Below, piece after piece: positions 18,582 to 27,930 of a stretch of DNA of 64,000 nucleotides. The stretch is from a virus. Taxonomy: Duplodnaviria > Heunggongvirae > Uroviricota > Caudoviricetes. Each line of letters opens with the position of its first letter. Position 1 is the stretch's first letter. The stretch spans positions 35,122-99,121 of the IMG/VR virus record IMGVR_UViG_3300037419_002054. One strand, written 5' to 3'. Made by a program: the position numbers and the translations under genes. Below the pieces are notes generated by a model. The model was not told the DNA's origin. It was given only the letters and a program-made list of their open reading frames with translations, and did no database searches.

Positions 18582-20507
18582 TCAGCGTCCGAAGGCGAGG
18601 AAGCTCGTCAGCGCTGCGAGAAACTCCTTCACGCCGAAGCCCTTCCCGTATCCGCCGAGGACGAAGGCGGTGTACTGCCCGCCGAGCGCGATGACCTCAG
18701 CCTTGCCGATGCTCCCCATCCCCGTCGCACCGAGGGAGAAGATCCGGGAAGCAGGAAGACGGAGCGTGATCAGGATCTGCCCTCCCTTCTCAGCCGGCTG
18801 ACCGAGTCCGTAGCTCACCGCGGCACCGACGTCCGTCGTGAAGCTGCTCAGCGGCTGAAACTTCAGCTTGGCCAACTCGCCTGCAGCCGGGAACGAGGAG
18901 GCGATCCGCATCCCGCGGAACAGCGTCATCTCGGTGATGTTACGCGACGAGAGCCACCCCTGCGTCTCCTCGTACTGAGCCCGCAGGAACGGGTCGAGTA
19001 TCCCCGCATGCGACTGACCGAACGCTCCCGCAGCCCGAGCCGCCAGCGGGTCGAAGTGCCCCATTGCTGCGGCGCTGATCCCGAACTCCCGCTTCGCCCG
19101 CAGCTGTAGGGCGGTCGCCAGCTCGTCAGCTCCTCCGGTCCCGAAGTTCCAGGTGTTGACGATGAGGTTGGCAACCTCCTGTGACGCGGCGGCGGAGCCG
19201 ATGAGATCCTCCCGACCCATTGCGATCAGGAAGTCGTCCATCGGGAGGGAGCGCATACGCTGCGCGATCCTCTCCACCGCCTGCGTCTTGACCGCAGCGG
19301 CCTGGGCCGGAGTCAGTTGCTGCAGCATCTCCTTTCGCACGGTCACGTTCTCCTCCTCCGAGAAGCTGACCTCGGGCTGCACCGCCGGGGGAGGAGGGGG
19401 CGGCGGGGGAGAGGGCTCCGAAGCATCGGAAGGCTGTGCCGCGGCAACCGGCTTGAGCCCGATCGCGCATCGGCACGAGGGGTGGGCCGGAGGGGTCATC
19501 ACCGAGTCGCCGATACCCGTGATGAACGGCTCCTTCATACCCTTGAGCTGTCCCTTCATCGGCGGGCAGACGTGCTTGCACTCCCGCCCGTCCCGGTGCA
19601 TGATCCAGATCCTCTTCGTGAGCGCGCCGTCGATGTAGCCCTGCTCGGCGCTGTCCTCCCACAGACGCTGCTGGCCCTCGGCGCTGGCCCGGATCGTTTC
19701 GGTACGTGCGATGTTCTCCGCGCGCCGCCGGATCATCTTCTTGCGGTACGCCTCCACCATGCTGTCCAGCCTCTTACCCCGGACTCCATCCGCCACGAGC
19801 TGTTGACGGTAGCGGTCCAGGGTCGAGGACTGACGGGACGTCAGGCCGATGTGCTGCCGGATGAGCTTCGCACTCTCCCGGGGGTGCATCGCCGTCTTCG
19901 GGTCGAAGGCGGTGTGGATGATGTCGCGGATGGCGAGCATGGACTCCTGCGAGACCTGCGTCACCAGCTCCGCCGCGTGCGCGCGAATCCAGTCCAGCGA
20001 GTGCGGGTTCGTCCGGTTGAAGAACGCCGAGACCACCATCGGCGGGTCTCCGGGGTTGTCCCCCGCGGCCTTCTTCTCACGGGCGGGAGGCAGCGACCAG
20101 CCGAGGTCCCGCCACAGAAACTCCGCCGCCTGCCACCGGGAGCGGGTGGACACGAAGCTGAGAGGACTGACGACCCGCATCAGTTCCTCTTCGAACGTCT
20201 TCCATGGGACCGCCATCTCGGCCCGGTGCCGGTCTCCGGAGAGGGCGGCCTGCGCGAGCTCCTCGGCGTCGGTGGCGTTCACCGTCGCGGCCACGGCCTC
20301 CGTGAAGATCCGGATGACCTTCTCCACGCGACTGTCGGCGATAGCCCAGTACGCCTCAATGTCGCCGTCGAACGGGGTCTCAACCCCGTCCTTCCATTCG
20401 AAGAGGCGATACGCCCCGGTCTCCCAAAACCTCCGGGCCGGGTGCCCGTACACGACGGGCGAGGGCAGTCCCGCCTTGGGACTGCCCTCGTGGACGTTGA
20501 ACTGCAT
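18582..20507 (-). CDS. minor head protein, Mu F / SPP1 gp7 family, with about 230-aa C-terminal extension
   Basis: 641 aa immediately after the portal gene (TGATG overlap). Central region is MuF-like. C-terminal extension carries LFRG...SSFTTD motifs. Confidence 0.7.
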   Translation of the reverse strand: MQFNVHEGSPKAGLPSPVVYGHPARRFWETGAYRLFEWKDGVETPFDGDIEAYWAIADSRVEKVIRIFTEAVAATVNATDAEELAQAALSGDRHRAEMAVPWKTFEEELMRVVSPLSFVSTRSRWQAAEFLWRDLGWSLPPAREKKAAGDNPGDPPMVVSAFFNRTNPHSLDWIRAHAAELVTQVSQESMLAIRDIIHTAFDPKTAMHPRESAKLIRQHIGLTSRQSSTLDRYRQQLVADGVRGKRLDSMVEAYRKKMIRRRAENIARTETIRASAEGQQRLWEDSAEQGYIDGALTKRIWIMHRDGRECKHVCPPMKGQLKGMKEPFITGIGDSVMTPPAHPSCRCAIGLKPVAAAQPSDASEPSPPPPPPPPAVQPEVSFSEEENVTVRKEMLQQLTPAQAAAVKTQAVERIAQRMRSLPMDDFLIAMGREDLIGSAAASQEVANLIVNTWNFGTGGADELATALQLRAKREFGISAAAMGHFDPLAARAAGAFGQSHAGILDPFLRAQYEETQGWLSSRNITEMTLFRGMRIASSFPAAGELAKLKFQPLSSFTTDVGAAVSYGLGQPAEKGGQILITLRLPASRIFSLGATGMGSIGKAEVIALGGQYTAFVLGGYGKGFGVKEFLAALTSFLAFGR

Positions 20508-21877
20508 CAGGCGTCCTCTGCGTCGATGCCGTCATCCGCGGCCGTGGGGTCCTCCTCCTTCGGCTTGGTCCCCTGCCCGGGCTTCTGCGCCAGCGGCTGG
20601 TTCGGGTCCACCGGCTCCACCTCCGGGTTGAGCAGCATCTCCAGCGGCTGGACGGTCGTCGGCACGAGGGACTGGTCCCACCCCTCGTACTCCTCGATGT
20701 CGAGTTCGCAGATCTCAGCGATCTGGCTGACCGGCACTCCCATGGAGAACAGCTTCGCCCCGGTGTCGACCTTCCCCTGCATGTCCTCCCGGACCGCGGA
20801 GACGTTGCTCAGGTCGTAGTTGATCCAGAGGTCATCCGGGTTCCCGAAGAACGGGAGGATGCCGAGGTTCAGCGCGTCCCGGACCTCGTCGAGGAGCGGG
20901 ATGATCGTGTCCAGCCAGAAGATCTTCCGGGCCGTCTCGATGTTGGCGAGCGTCGCGTTATCGTAGATGCCGACCATCGGGGGCGGTACGCGGTACACCG
21001 CGCAGATCTCCTCCCGGGTGAGCTTGCGGCTCTCCAGCCAGTCCATCTCGGCCGGCGTCAGGCTCATCGGCTTCCAGTCCGCCCCGCCGCCGAGGATCAG
21101 CGGAGTGCGGGCGTTGTCCCCGCCCTGGTACTGCTCCCGCAGCTGCTGACGCGCGTCGTCCCACGCCTCGTCGTCCAGCGCCTCCTTGAACGTGAACACG
21201 CCGTCGGGAACGGTGCGGTTCTGGAGAGAGGCCATGTTCCACTTCACGGCCTCGATGTCGGTATCCACGACCCGGGCAGCGGCCTGCAGGGGGCTCATCC
21301 CCCAGTAGGGCGTGCTGGGGTCTACCAGCATCATGTGGATGACCTCCTCGGCCGGGATCTTCTCCTGCTGGCCGTTCGGCTTCGTCCACTCGTAGGCGGA
21401 GATGAAACCGAGCGGATCGGGGATCGGCTTGAGCCCGGAGGGATCGATGGGCCAGATCTCGCCGAGGATCTGCCTCCCGCCACGACCGGAGACCATGATC
21501 TTGCGGAACAGTCCGTTGCCGCCGAGCATCAGGTGCGCGGCGAGCCGCTTCATCAGCTGCGCCCGGGTGATGAACGGATTCGGGCGGTCGAGCAGCCTCT
21601 GCAGCGGGGAGCCCTCCGCGGGCACCCACTCCTTCCCGTCACGCTTGTTCGCCGTCCACGGGACGGAGCCGACCGCCTGCATGATGGCGTTCACGTTGGT
21701 GTAGACCCACGTGGACGCCTTGAAGCCCTCCTTCACCGCCCGGTGAGTGCTCCATTCCGAGAACGCGGCCCCGGCGCTCGTCTTCTGAACGAGAGCCGAG
21801 AACGCCCCCGGAGGCGCGGACTTCGCCGCGCCGACCTCGCGCATCCGGTGCGTTGCGCGGGCAAAGGGATTGGCCAT
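20507..21877 (-). CDS. portal protein (HK97-family portal)
   Basis: 456 aa, acidic C-terminus. Precedes the MuF-like and protease genes in canonical order. Confidence 0.85.
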   Translation of the reverse strand: MANPFARATHRMREVGAAKSAPPGAFSALVQKTSAGAAFSEWSTHRAVKEGFKASTWVYTNVNAIMQAVGSVPWTANKRDGKEWVPAEGSPLQRLLDRPNPFITRAQLMKRLAAHLMLGGNGLFRKIMVSGRGGRQILGEIWPIDPSGLKPIPDPLGFISAYEWTKPNGQQEKIPAEEVIHMMLVDPSTPYWGMSPLQAAARVVDTDIEAVKWNMASLQNRTVPDGVFTFKEALDDEAWDDARQQLREQYQGGDNARTPLILGGGADWKPMSLTPAEMDWLESRKLTREEICAVYRVPPPMVGIYDNATLANIETARKIFWLDTIIPLLDEVRDALNLGILPFFGNPDDLWINYDLSNVSAVREDMQGKVDTGAKLFSMGVPVSQIAEICELDIEEYEGWDQSLVPTTVQPLEMLLNPEVEPVDPNQPLAQKPGQGTKPKEEDPTAADDGIDAEDA

Positions 21878-21960
21878 GCCGGTTCCTTTGGTAGTTGAGG
21901 CCCTATGATGCGAACCTAACTAACTGCGGCGACTTCAAACGGAGCAACGGCAAGAAACTG

Positions 21961-21989
21961 TTGACCAGTAGGGGAGGGGGATGTATATT
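21961..21989 (+). promoter_or_regulatory. sigma70-type promoter, plus-oriented copy of the repeated promoter family
   Basis: GAAACTG-TTGACC-17nt-TATATT-tctccacggttaagcgc. Drives 22032..23275. Confidence 0.6.
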
Positions 21990-22031
21990 TCTCCACGGTT
22001 AAGCGCAGGCCCTTCACCCAAGAGGAACCCC

Positions 22032-22619
22032 ATGCAGCTCCCCGACCTCTCCAGCTTCCGCGATCGGATGCACGCCGCGGCCGACAACGTCTCGCGCGCC
22101 GAGGTAGTGGAGGAGTACGAGGCGGTACTGGATGCGGACGAGACGGTGGAGCTACCGGCGGAGTGCTACGAGTTCCTCGATGAACTCTGGTTCCTCTCCG
22201 CGGCGCTGGACCCCGCGGTGCAGGAGGCCGTGCGCCTCGCGTACGCCCGGCAGGTCGCACTCGGTCACGCCCCGGTGAGTGAGCTGGACTTCCGCCGCGG
22301 ATACGTGAACCGGCGCGGGAGCCAGAACCCGCCGGACGCCGACCGCATCGGGGGCGGGACGGACGCGGAGCGCTCGGAGGCCCACGGGTATTTTGTCGCT
22401 CTCGCTGAGCAGGAGACCGACCCCATGCAGCGCGCCGCGACGGAGTGGTACGGGGCGGCGGGCTGGAGGAACGAGGACGCTCGTAGCGCCTTCATTACCG
22501 GATGGAAGAACTTCCTCGCGGGCAAGAAGCAGCCGAAGGCGGCCAATCGCCTGAGCCGCGCCCGGTTCTACGGACACGCCGCTGCCCAGCAGCACTTCAC
22601 CCAGGAGACCGAGAGATGA
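22032..22619 (+). CDS. hypothetical protein (195 aa), first gene of plus-strand island 1
   Basis: ATG at 22032 preceded by AAGAGGAA, 45 nt downstream of the plus-oriented promoter. The track ORF starts upstream inside the promoter. Confidence 0.6.
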   Translation: MQLPDLSSFRDRMHAAADNVSRAEVVEEYEAVLDADETVELPAECYEFLDELWFLSAALDPAVQEAVRLAYARQVALGHAPVSELDFRRGYVNRRGSQNPPDADRIGGGTDAERSEAHGYFVALAEQETDPMQRAATEWYGAAGWRNEDARSAFITGWKNFLAGKKQPKAANRLSRARFYGHAAAQQHFTQETER

Positions 22620-23023
22620 CCGAGATCAGCCACGAAGAGGCGCAGGAGCTGTTCCGCCGCGCGCGGGAGACGCGACCCGAGGATATGACCCCGGAGTTCA
22701 TCGCCCAGCTCGACGAGGCACAGGCCGCTGAGGTCCGGCGCGCCCCCAAGCGTGAGCCCCTCGCCGACGGCTACGGGATCAGCGGTCGGGAAGCCGCGGA
22801 CCTGTTCGTTCAGGGCGCGTGGCGGCGTAGCCGCGACAACGGGGAGAAGATGAAGGAGATGGTCACCGCGCTGCGCCGGTACTTCTTCACCACCGGCGGG
22901 GCGTTCGGCGTGACCGGAGACGAATGCCACCCCAACGTGCCGGGAGTGAACTGGTACATGGCCCAGTGGCAGGACGACTTCCTGCGTGCGCTGGAGGAGC
23001 ACATCGCGCAGATCCGCGTCTGA
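22616..23023 (+). CDS. hypothetical protein (135 aa)
   Basis: ATGA overlap with the upstream gene. Sequence MTEISHEEAQELFRRARETRPEDMTPEF... Confidence 0.55.
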   Translation: MTEISHEEAQELFRRARETRPEDMTPEFIAQLDEAQAAEVRRAPKREPLADGYGISGREAADLFVQGAWRRSRDNGEKMKEMVTALRRYFFTTGGAFGVTGDECHPNVPGVNWYMAQWQDDFLRALEEHIAQIRV

Positions 23024-23071
23024 GGCCGGCCGAGGGGCCGTCTCTGTTTCACCTACACCCGGGAGGGACCA

Positions 23072-23275
23072 ATGCCGGAGCCGTACAGGGAGGGCGACCG
23101 CGTCGTCTTCGAGAATGCGGAGGACGAAAACCAGACGTACGAGGGAACGGTCCGGGAGGCGAACGAGAGGCTGATCCGGGTCCACCCGGACGGGGTAGCG
23201 TCCCCGGACACGCTGATGACGTTCTACGCGTCAAACGGGTGGCGCGACGCGCTGGAGAAGCACCGCCTGCGGTGA
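23072..23275 (+). CDS. hypothetical protein (67 aa)
   Basis: ORF with GGGAGG SD, followed by a bidirectional terminator. Confidence 0.5.
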   Translation: MPEPYREGDRVVFENAEDENQTYEGTVREANERLIRVHPDGVASPDTLMTFYASNGWRDALEKHRLR

Positions 23276-23280
23276 ACGGA

Positions 23281-23309
23281 AGAAGGGGGAGCCCGGGAGG
23301 CTCCCCCTT
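23281..23309. terminator. bidirectional terminator between convergent genes
   Basis: GAAGGGGGAGCC-CGGGA-GGCTCCCCCTTC, 12-bp stem. Confidence 0.6.
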
Positions 23310-23314
23310 CTGCG

Positions 23315-23650
23315 TCAGCGGTTCTTCCGGCGCGCCTTCTTCGCGGCCTTCCGAGCTCGCGCCCGCTTCCCCTTCTCCACCGGCGTCAGCATCTTCTGCA
23401 CGTACTTCTCGCCGCCGTCCGTCCGGGACTTGCGGCGCTGCTTCCGCTCGTCCTGCAGCAGCTGGGCCGTGCCGGCGGAAGCGAGGAAGTCCCGGACGGC
23501 CTCGGGGGACGGATCTCCTCCGGTCTGCCGCGAGAGGAAGCCGTCCAGCTCCGCCTGCGCGGCGTGGATCGTGCGGAACCGTCCTTCGACGACCGCCTCC
23601 TTCAGCTCGGGGATGAAGAAGTGGGCGGCCGGCGGGGTCTCGATCATCAT
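23315..23650 (-). CDS. hypothetical protein with Lys/Arg-rich C-terminus (111 aa)
   Basis: Start overlaps the upstream stop. Ends at a bidirectional terminator. Confidence 0.45.
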   Translation of the reverse strand: MMIETPPAAHFFIPELKEAVVEGRFRTIHAAQAELDGFLSRQTGGDPSPEAVRDFLASAGTAQLLQDERKQRRKSRTDGGEKYVQKMLTPVEKGKRARARKAAKKARRKNR

Positions 23651-23943
23651 TTCGAGTTGCTGTCCTTCGAGAGGGTATACAGGCCGTCACGGAAGACGGT
23701 CCAGAGGAACCTCCAGCCGACGAAGCTCAGCAGGAGGATGCCGTAGCTGATTTGCCAGACGAACGGCGTCGTGAGGCCGGCGATCCCCCAGGTGAGGAGG
23801 GTCCAGCCGGACAGGAGGGCGCATACGAGGAAGATCTCGCTCAGGTGCGATCCCACCCACGCAGGGGTAGCACGTACCCGAGCGAGGATGAGATCGCACC
23901 GCTTACGCAGACGGGCGCGGCGGGTGAGGGCGACCTCCATCAA
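23647..23943 (-). CDS. small membrane protein (98 aa, 2-3 predicted TM helices)
   Basis: Hydrophobic stretches LSEIFLVCALLSGWTLLTWGIAGL and ISYGILLLSFVGWRFLW. TGATG overlap with the TerL stop. Confidence 0.5.
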   Translation of the reverse strand: MMEVALTRRARLRKRCDLILARVRATPAWVGSHLSEIFLVCALLSGWTLLTWGIAGLTTPFVWQISYGILLLSFVGWRFLWTVFRDGLYTLSKDSNSK

Positions 23944-25472
23944 ACCCTCCCGATCCGGATGCGGGTCTCCGGGATATCGGCGAACGCCAGCATGATGGAC
24001 TCCGCCCGGTCCGGGCTCTTGACGCCGCGCTTCTTCATAGTATCCTTGTCCTCAATCACGATCTGCCCGCGGGAGTTGTGCTCGTACTTGATGGCCGCGA
24101 GCTGCGCCTTCGCGACGTCCGCCCCCTTGAAGTTGAGCCCAATCAGGTCTCCCTGTTCGAACCTCTCCCGGAGGCCCCAAAACAGCTCGGCCTTCAGGTT
24201 CTTGTACTTCTCCTTGTTCTTCGGGCTCTTCTTGGTGACCCCCGCGCCGACGTTCACCGGGATGATCCTGTAACCCTCGTCTTTCAGGTGCATCGCCATG
24301 TAGTGGCCGATGCCGACGGAGTCCACCATCCCCTTCTCGACGTTGTCCCGGAACGGAGCGAGCGCCGCGACGACCTTGCCGCGGGGGTCCGGGTCCTGCC
24401 ACGCGTGCTGCTCGAGGATGAGCGGACCCTTCCGGATCGTGAGCACGGTCTCGTCCTCTCCCGGGCCGGCCACGTCCAGCCCGAAGCGGATGCCGTCCGC
24501 AAGGTAGTCGGTCTTGCGCTTGGCCGAGGCGTTCTTCCCGTCGCCGGCCTCGTCGGCGTCGATCTCGAACTCGTCTTCGTTCCGGAGGATCCAGTCATCC
24601 AGCGTAGTGCGGGCGGCGTCCTCCAGCCATGCGAGCGAGATCAGCGAGTCCTCGGACTGGTCCGGGAACTGCCCGAGCACCTTCGAGCGGAACAGCGGGC
24701 TGTCCCAGCCCCACTCCAGGTAGCGTTCCTTCACCCACCGGCGGGTCACGAGGTACGGCCGGATGTTGTCGTCCAGCTCGTCCTCGCTCATCGAGAGGAG
24801 GTCATCCAGCGAGACGCCGGCGAGGTTCGGGGTGTCGAACGCGCTGATCGTCATCGGGTTGTACCCGATACGCTTGCCGGTATAGATCTCGTAGAACGGA
24901 CCCGTGGGCTCGATCGGGTTGCCGATCGCGAGGATGCGCACGTCACCGCCGGCTCGGATACCGTCGATGGCGTCCCACACCTCCGGACGCACGCCGGGGG
25001 CCTCGTCGAGGATGATCAGGATGCGGCCGTGCCAACCCTGGAACCGTACGCCCTTGTCCGTGGAGAGCCCCTGGGCGTAGTTCTTTGGCCCCATCTTGAG
25101 CTCGGTCAGGTTAGGCAGCGGATACAGCCCAGGGATGCGGCACTGCTGGAGGGACGCGTGGATCTCCCCCCAAAGCAGCTTCTCCACCTGCGTCCAGGTG
25201 GGGGCCGTCGTCACCACGACTCCGTCCGGGAAGCGGCTCACCCACCAGAGGGCGGCCATGGAGGCGGTCTTGGTCTTGCCGGAGGCGTGGCACGCCTTTA
25301 CTGCCGTGCTCTTGTTCGTTGCGACGGACCGCAGGATCTGCTGCTGGAGGCCGTACAGGTCTTCGCCGAAGAAGACCTTGGCGAAGTGCGCGGGGTCGCG
25401 GAGAGCCACGGCCATCCCGTACTGCATGGCCTCGGCTTCCGTCTTGAAGGTCTTGCCGTCGATCTCGTACAT
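23940..25472 (-). CDS. terminase large subunit
   Basis: 510 aa with Walker A-like ACHASGKT, ILDEA (Walker B) and a C-terminal nuclease region. Terminase_6-like. Confidence 0.9.
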   Translation of the reverse strand: MYEIDGKTFKTEAEAMQYGMAVALRDPAHFAKVFFGEDLYGLQQQILRSVATNKSTAVKACHASGKTKTASMAALWWVSRFPDGVVVTTAPTWTQVEKLLWGEIHASLQQCRIPGLYPLPNLTELKMGPKNYAQGLSTDKGVRFQGWHGRILIILDEAPGVRPEVWDAIDGIRAGGDVRILAIGNPIEPTGPFYEIYTGKRIGYNPMTISAFDTPNLAGVSLDDLLSMSEDELDDNIRPYLVTRRWVKERYLEWGWDSPLFRSKVLGQFPDQSEDSLISLAWLEDAARTTLDDWILRNEDEFEIDADEAGDGKNASAKRKTDYLADGIRFGLDVAGPGEDETVLTIRKGPLILEQHAWQDPDPRGKVVAALAPFRDNVEKGMVDSVGIGHYMAMHLKDEGYRIIPVNVGAGVTKKSPKNKEKYKNLKAELFWGLRERFEQGDLIGLNFKGADVAKAQLAAIKYEHNSRGQIVIEDKDTMKKRGVKSPDRAESIMLAFADIPETRIRIGRV

Positions 25473-25500
25473 CCGCCACCTAATACGGGGAACGCTAAAA

Positions 25501-25531
25501 CGCCTCAGTAGCCTGGGACGCTACTGAGGCG
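25501..25531 (-). terminator. terminator-like hairpin upstream of TerL
   Basis: CGCCTCAGTAGC-ctggga-GCTACTGAGGCG followed by UUUUAGCGUU on the minus transcript. Confidence 0.5.
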
Positions 25532-25563
25532 AGTTAGTACGAGACAACGGTAGGGGTGAGGAT

Positions 25564-26118
25564 CTAGGCGGCCATCTTCCCCTGCAGGCCGCAGTGCTCA
25601 CAGCAGTTCAGACAGCGGTCGCACTCAAGGCATCCGTGGATCGCCGAGCAGTCGCAGCGGTGGAGCTGAGGATGCCCTCCGTGTCCGCCGCAGCACCTGC
25701 AGATCACCCGGAGAAGGGAGCAAAGCTTAGCGTTCTTCTGCTGAACGTAAGACTCCACCCGCCAGACCCGGGAGTCCGTGTCGAAGATGAGGCCGCGGTA
25801 CAGGACCGCGTAATGCCACCACTTCACCTGCGGGTTCACCGAGCGGATGCTCAGGATGCCTTCGTCCTCCTCCGTGTTGAACTTGGGTCGGCGTACGAGC
25901 CGGGAGCCGAGGTGTACGGCGGCCCGCTGCAGGTCTACGATCTTGGTGCCGTACCGCTTGCCCGCTCCTCCGATCGCGTTGGGGTTCACGTGACGGATGG
26001 CCTGGAACGCCATCTCGTAGGGTACACCGAGCGCCATTGAGAGGGAGGCGGCGCCGCAGTCGTCTTTCTTCTTCTGCGGGTTCACCTGCATGACCTCTCC
26101 GTACATTCCCCGGATCAT
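25564..26118 (-). CDS. C39-like papain-fold cysteine peptidase domain fused to Cys/His-rich C-terminal cluster (184 aa)
   Basis: N-terminal QKKKDDCGAASLSMALGV (Cys motif) and WHYAVLYRG (His motif) match C39-family catalytic signatures. C-terminal CRCCGGHGGHPQLHRCDCSAIHGCLECDRCLNCCEHC. Confidence 0.45.
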   Translation of the reverse strand: MIRGMYGEVMQVNPQKKKDDCGAASLSMALGVPYEMAFQAIRHVNPNAIGGAGKRYGTKIVDLQRAAVHLGSRLVRRPKFNTEEDEGILSIRSVNPQVKWWHYAVLYRGLIFDTDSRVWRVESYVQQKNAKLCSLLRVICRCCGGHGGHPQLHRCDCSAIHGCLECDRCLNCCEHCGLQGKMAA

Positions 26119-26121
26119 CGG

Positions 26122-26460
26122 CTACCTCAGCTGCTTGCCGAGGGTGAGGGGACTCAGGGCGACATAGATCTGCACCTGCGCGTCACCGATGATCCGCAAC
26201 TGCTCCTCTACCCGGGCGCGGATGGCGCGCGGAAGGGCGGAGAGGGCTGGGGAGTCCTCGAGCTCCGCGAGGAGCCGGCGCGGCTCGTCCACTAAATGTT
26301 GATGGACGGTTCCGGCCGCCTCCTTAGCCGCGGGTAGATCCACGGGGGCAGGAGGCTCTTGGACTACGGGTGTACGGACTTCCTCCTTCGGCGTCGGGCG
26401 TGGGGGCTCCGGGGGAGCGGTGGGCTCTACCGCCGGAGCGATGATGTCGAAGATGCCCAC
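26122..26460 (-). CDS. hypothetical protein (112 aa), Pro-rich N-terminus
   Basis: ORF in an operon with neighbours. Confidence 0.4.
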   Translation of the reverse strand: MGIFDIIAPAVEPTAPPEPPRPTPKEEVRTPVVQEPPAPVDLPAAKEAAGTVHQHLVDEPRRLLAELEDSPALSALPRAIRARVEEQLRIIGDAQVQIYVALSPLTLGKQLR

Positions 26461-26470
26461 GGACGGAGGA

Positions 26471-26863
26471 TTAGTTGAGCTCCCCCCGCATCATCCGGAG
26501 CGCCTTCGCTCGGGCGCGATCCCCCAGCTGCCGGCGCTCGTCCGTGTCTTCCTTCAGCTTCGTGCGCTGACCCTTCTCGCTGCGCTCGTACACCGTCCCG
26601 TCGTGCACCACGTCGAAGCGCCTCTCGTCCCTGCCCCCGGGGACGCTGGGGAGCGTGAGCTGGATGGGCTTGTACCCCATCCGGCGCTCCTTGCTGCGCT
26701 TCGGCTTCGTGCGGGTCTCCGTCCCCGCGGTGGGTTCGTCCGTCGTCATCTTTCTGATGGGTAGGGGTTGGGTCCCGGGGACGTAGCGCCCGCGGTTCTT
26801 CGGGCGCCGTGGTCTCCGGTGGGGCTTGGTGATCGGGAGTGAACGGGGAGAAAGGTAATGCAT
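26471..26863 (-). CDS. basic hypothetical protein (130 aa; possible later start MTTDEP)
   Basis: Follows a strong terminator (GAAGGAAA then ATG). Very basic N-terminus (KPHRRPRRPKNRGR) suggests nucleic-acid binding. Confidence 0.4.
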   Translation of the reverse strand: MHYLSPRSLPITKPHRRPRRPKNRGRYVPGTQPLPIRKMTTDEPTAGTETRTKPKRSKERRMGYKPIQLTLPSVPGGRDERRFDVVHDGTVYERSEKGQRTKLKEDTDERRQLGDRARAKALRMMRGELN

Positions 26864-26912
26864 TTTCCTTCAAAACTCAACGTGACCCTTTTGGGGCGGA
26901 CGGGTAGCAAAA

Positions 26913-26943
26913 GGGGGAGGGGGCCGCCCTAGCCCCCTCCCCC
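26913..26943 (-). terminator. intrinsic terminator
   Basis: GGGGGAGGGGGC-CGCCCTA-GCCCCCTCCCCC then UUUU (minus). Confidence 0.65.
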
Positions 26944-26966
26944 GCTCACTCCGGGTCCCGGGGCTT

Positions 26967-27395
26967 CTACCGCCCCAGGACGTACGTCAACACCTTCTGC
27001 CGCAGGACGTCGCGCCGGGTGTCTTCCGTCTCCTCTCCGTGAATCCCCAGGGTCAGATCCCACGCCCTCCGCAGCGCATCTACCAGACCCTCCGGGAAGG
27101 CCGGGCATACTCCGATCAGTTGGTAGATCTGCGGGAACGTACCGTAGAAGTCCCCGTCGAACTCCTCCAGCTGCCGCGCTCCCTTCCCCATCCGGACGGA
27201 CAGCTGACCGATCACGCAGCAGGGCTGACCGCCTTCTTCGAACCGGCAGTTGCCGGGGTTCCGGGCCGCCGCGATCGAATCCTCCAGCAGCTGCAGCTTC
27301 TCGTCCGTGAGCCAGTCGGGCCGGCGGTCCTGCGGGAAGGCGTCGGGGGAGAGCCGCATCTGCTTGGTCCTTTCGGGGGAGGGTGGGTTGTGCAT
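26967..27395 (-). CDS. hypothetical protein (142 aa)
   Basis: ORF followed by a 12-bp-stem terminator plus U tract. Confidence 0.5.
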   Translation of the reverse strand: MHNPPSPERTKQMRLSPDAFPQDRRPDWLTDEKLQLLEDSIAAARNPGNCRFEEGGQPCCVIGQLSVRMGKGARQLEEFDGDFYGTFPQIYQLIGVCPAFPEGLVDALRRAWDLTLGIHGEETEDTRRDVLRQKVLTYVLGR

Positions 27396-27430
27396 TTCGA
27401 CGTCAGCGTACCCGGAGGCGGGGACGGTGT

Positions 27431-27637
27431 TCAGAGCACCCGCTGCGCGGCCGCGATGAGCCGCGTCAACGTCCTGTCCGGCAGATCGTATACGGACGAG
27501 AGGCTCCCGTACAGGGAGAGGAACAACGGGTGGGCCCTGAACTCCTCCAGCGCCCCGGGAGTCACCGCGGCGGCTCCGCTTTCGCGGACGCGCGCCGCGA
27601 TCGTCTCGGCCAGCTCCTCGTATTTGGTTTGTCCCAC
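27431..27637 (-). CDS. hypothetical protein (68 aa)
   Basis: ORF, compact spacing. Confidence 0.4.
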   Translation of the reverse strand: MGQTKYEELAETIAARVRESGAAAVTPGALEEFRAHPLFLSLYGSLSSVYDLPDRTLTRLIAAAQRVL

Positions 27638-27646
27638 GAGAGCCCC

Positions 27647-27844
27647 CTAGCTACCTGACACGGCGGTCAACGTAACGTAGGAGGCCGGGAGGGTCATCGT
27701 GTCGGTCCGGAGCTCTCCGCAGCGCACCTCGACGGACTTCCCCACGCGACGGGCGTAGTCGAACGCCTCGCCACGGTGGTAGATCTTGTGGTCCCGCTTG
27801 AGCACCGCCGTGAACGGGTGCGTCTCCCGCAGAGAAAGTTCCAT
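27647..27844 (-). CDS. hypothetical protein (65 aa)
   Basis: ORF preceded by a terminator hairpin. Confidence 0.4.
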   Translation of the reverse strand: MELSLRETHPFTAVLKRDHKIYHRGEAFDYARRVGKSVEVRCGELRTDTMTLPASYVTLTAVSGS

Positions 27845-27865
27845 TGCGTCAACAGGTAGAAGAAA

Positions 27866-27891
27866 GGAGGGGGCGGTCTTCCGCCCCCTCC
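27866..27891 (-). terminator. intrinsic terminator
   Basis: GGAGGGGGCGG-TCTT-CCGCCCCCTCC then UUUCUUCU (minus). Confidence 0.65.
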
Positions 27892-27930
27892 GTTACGCCT
27901 CCGTCACTTCCTTGTTCGCCCGCGCCGGGG

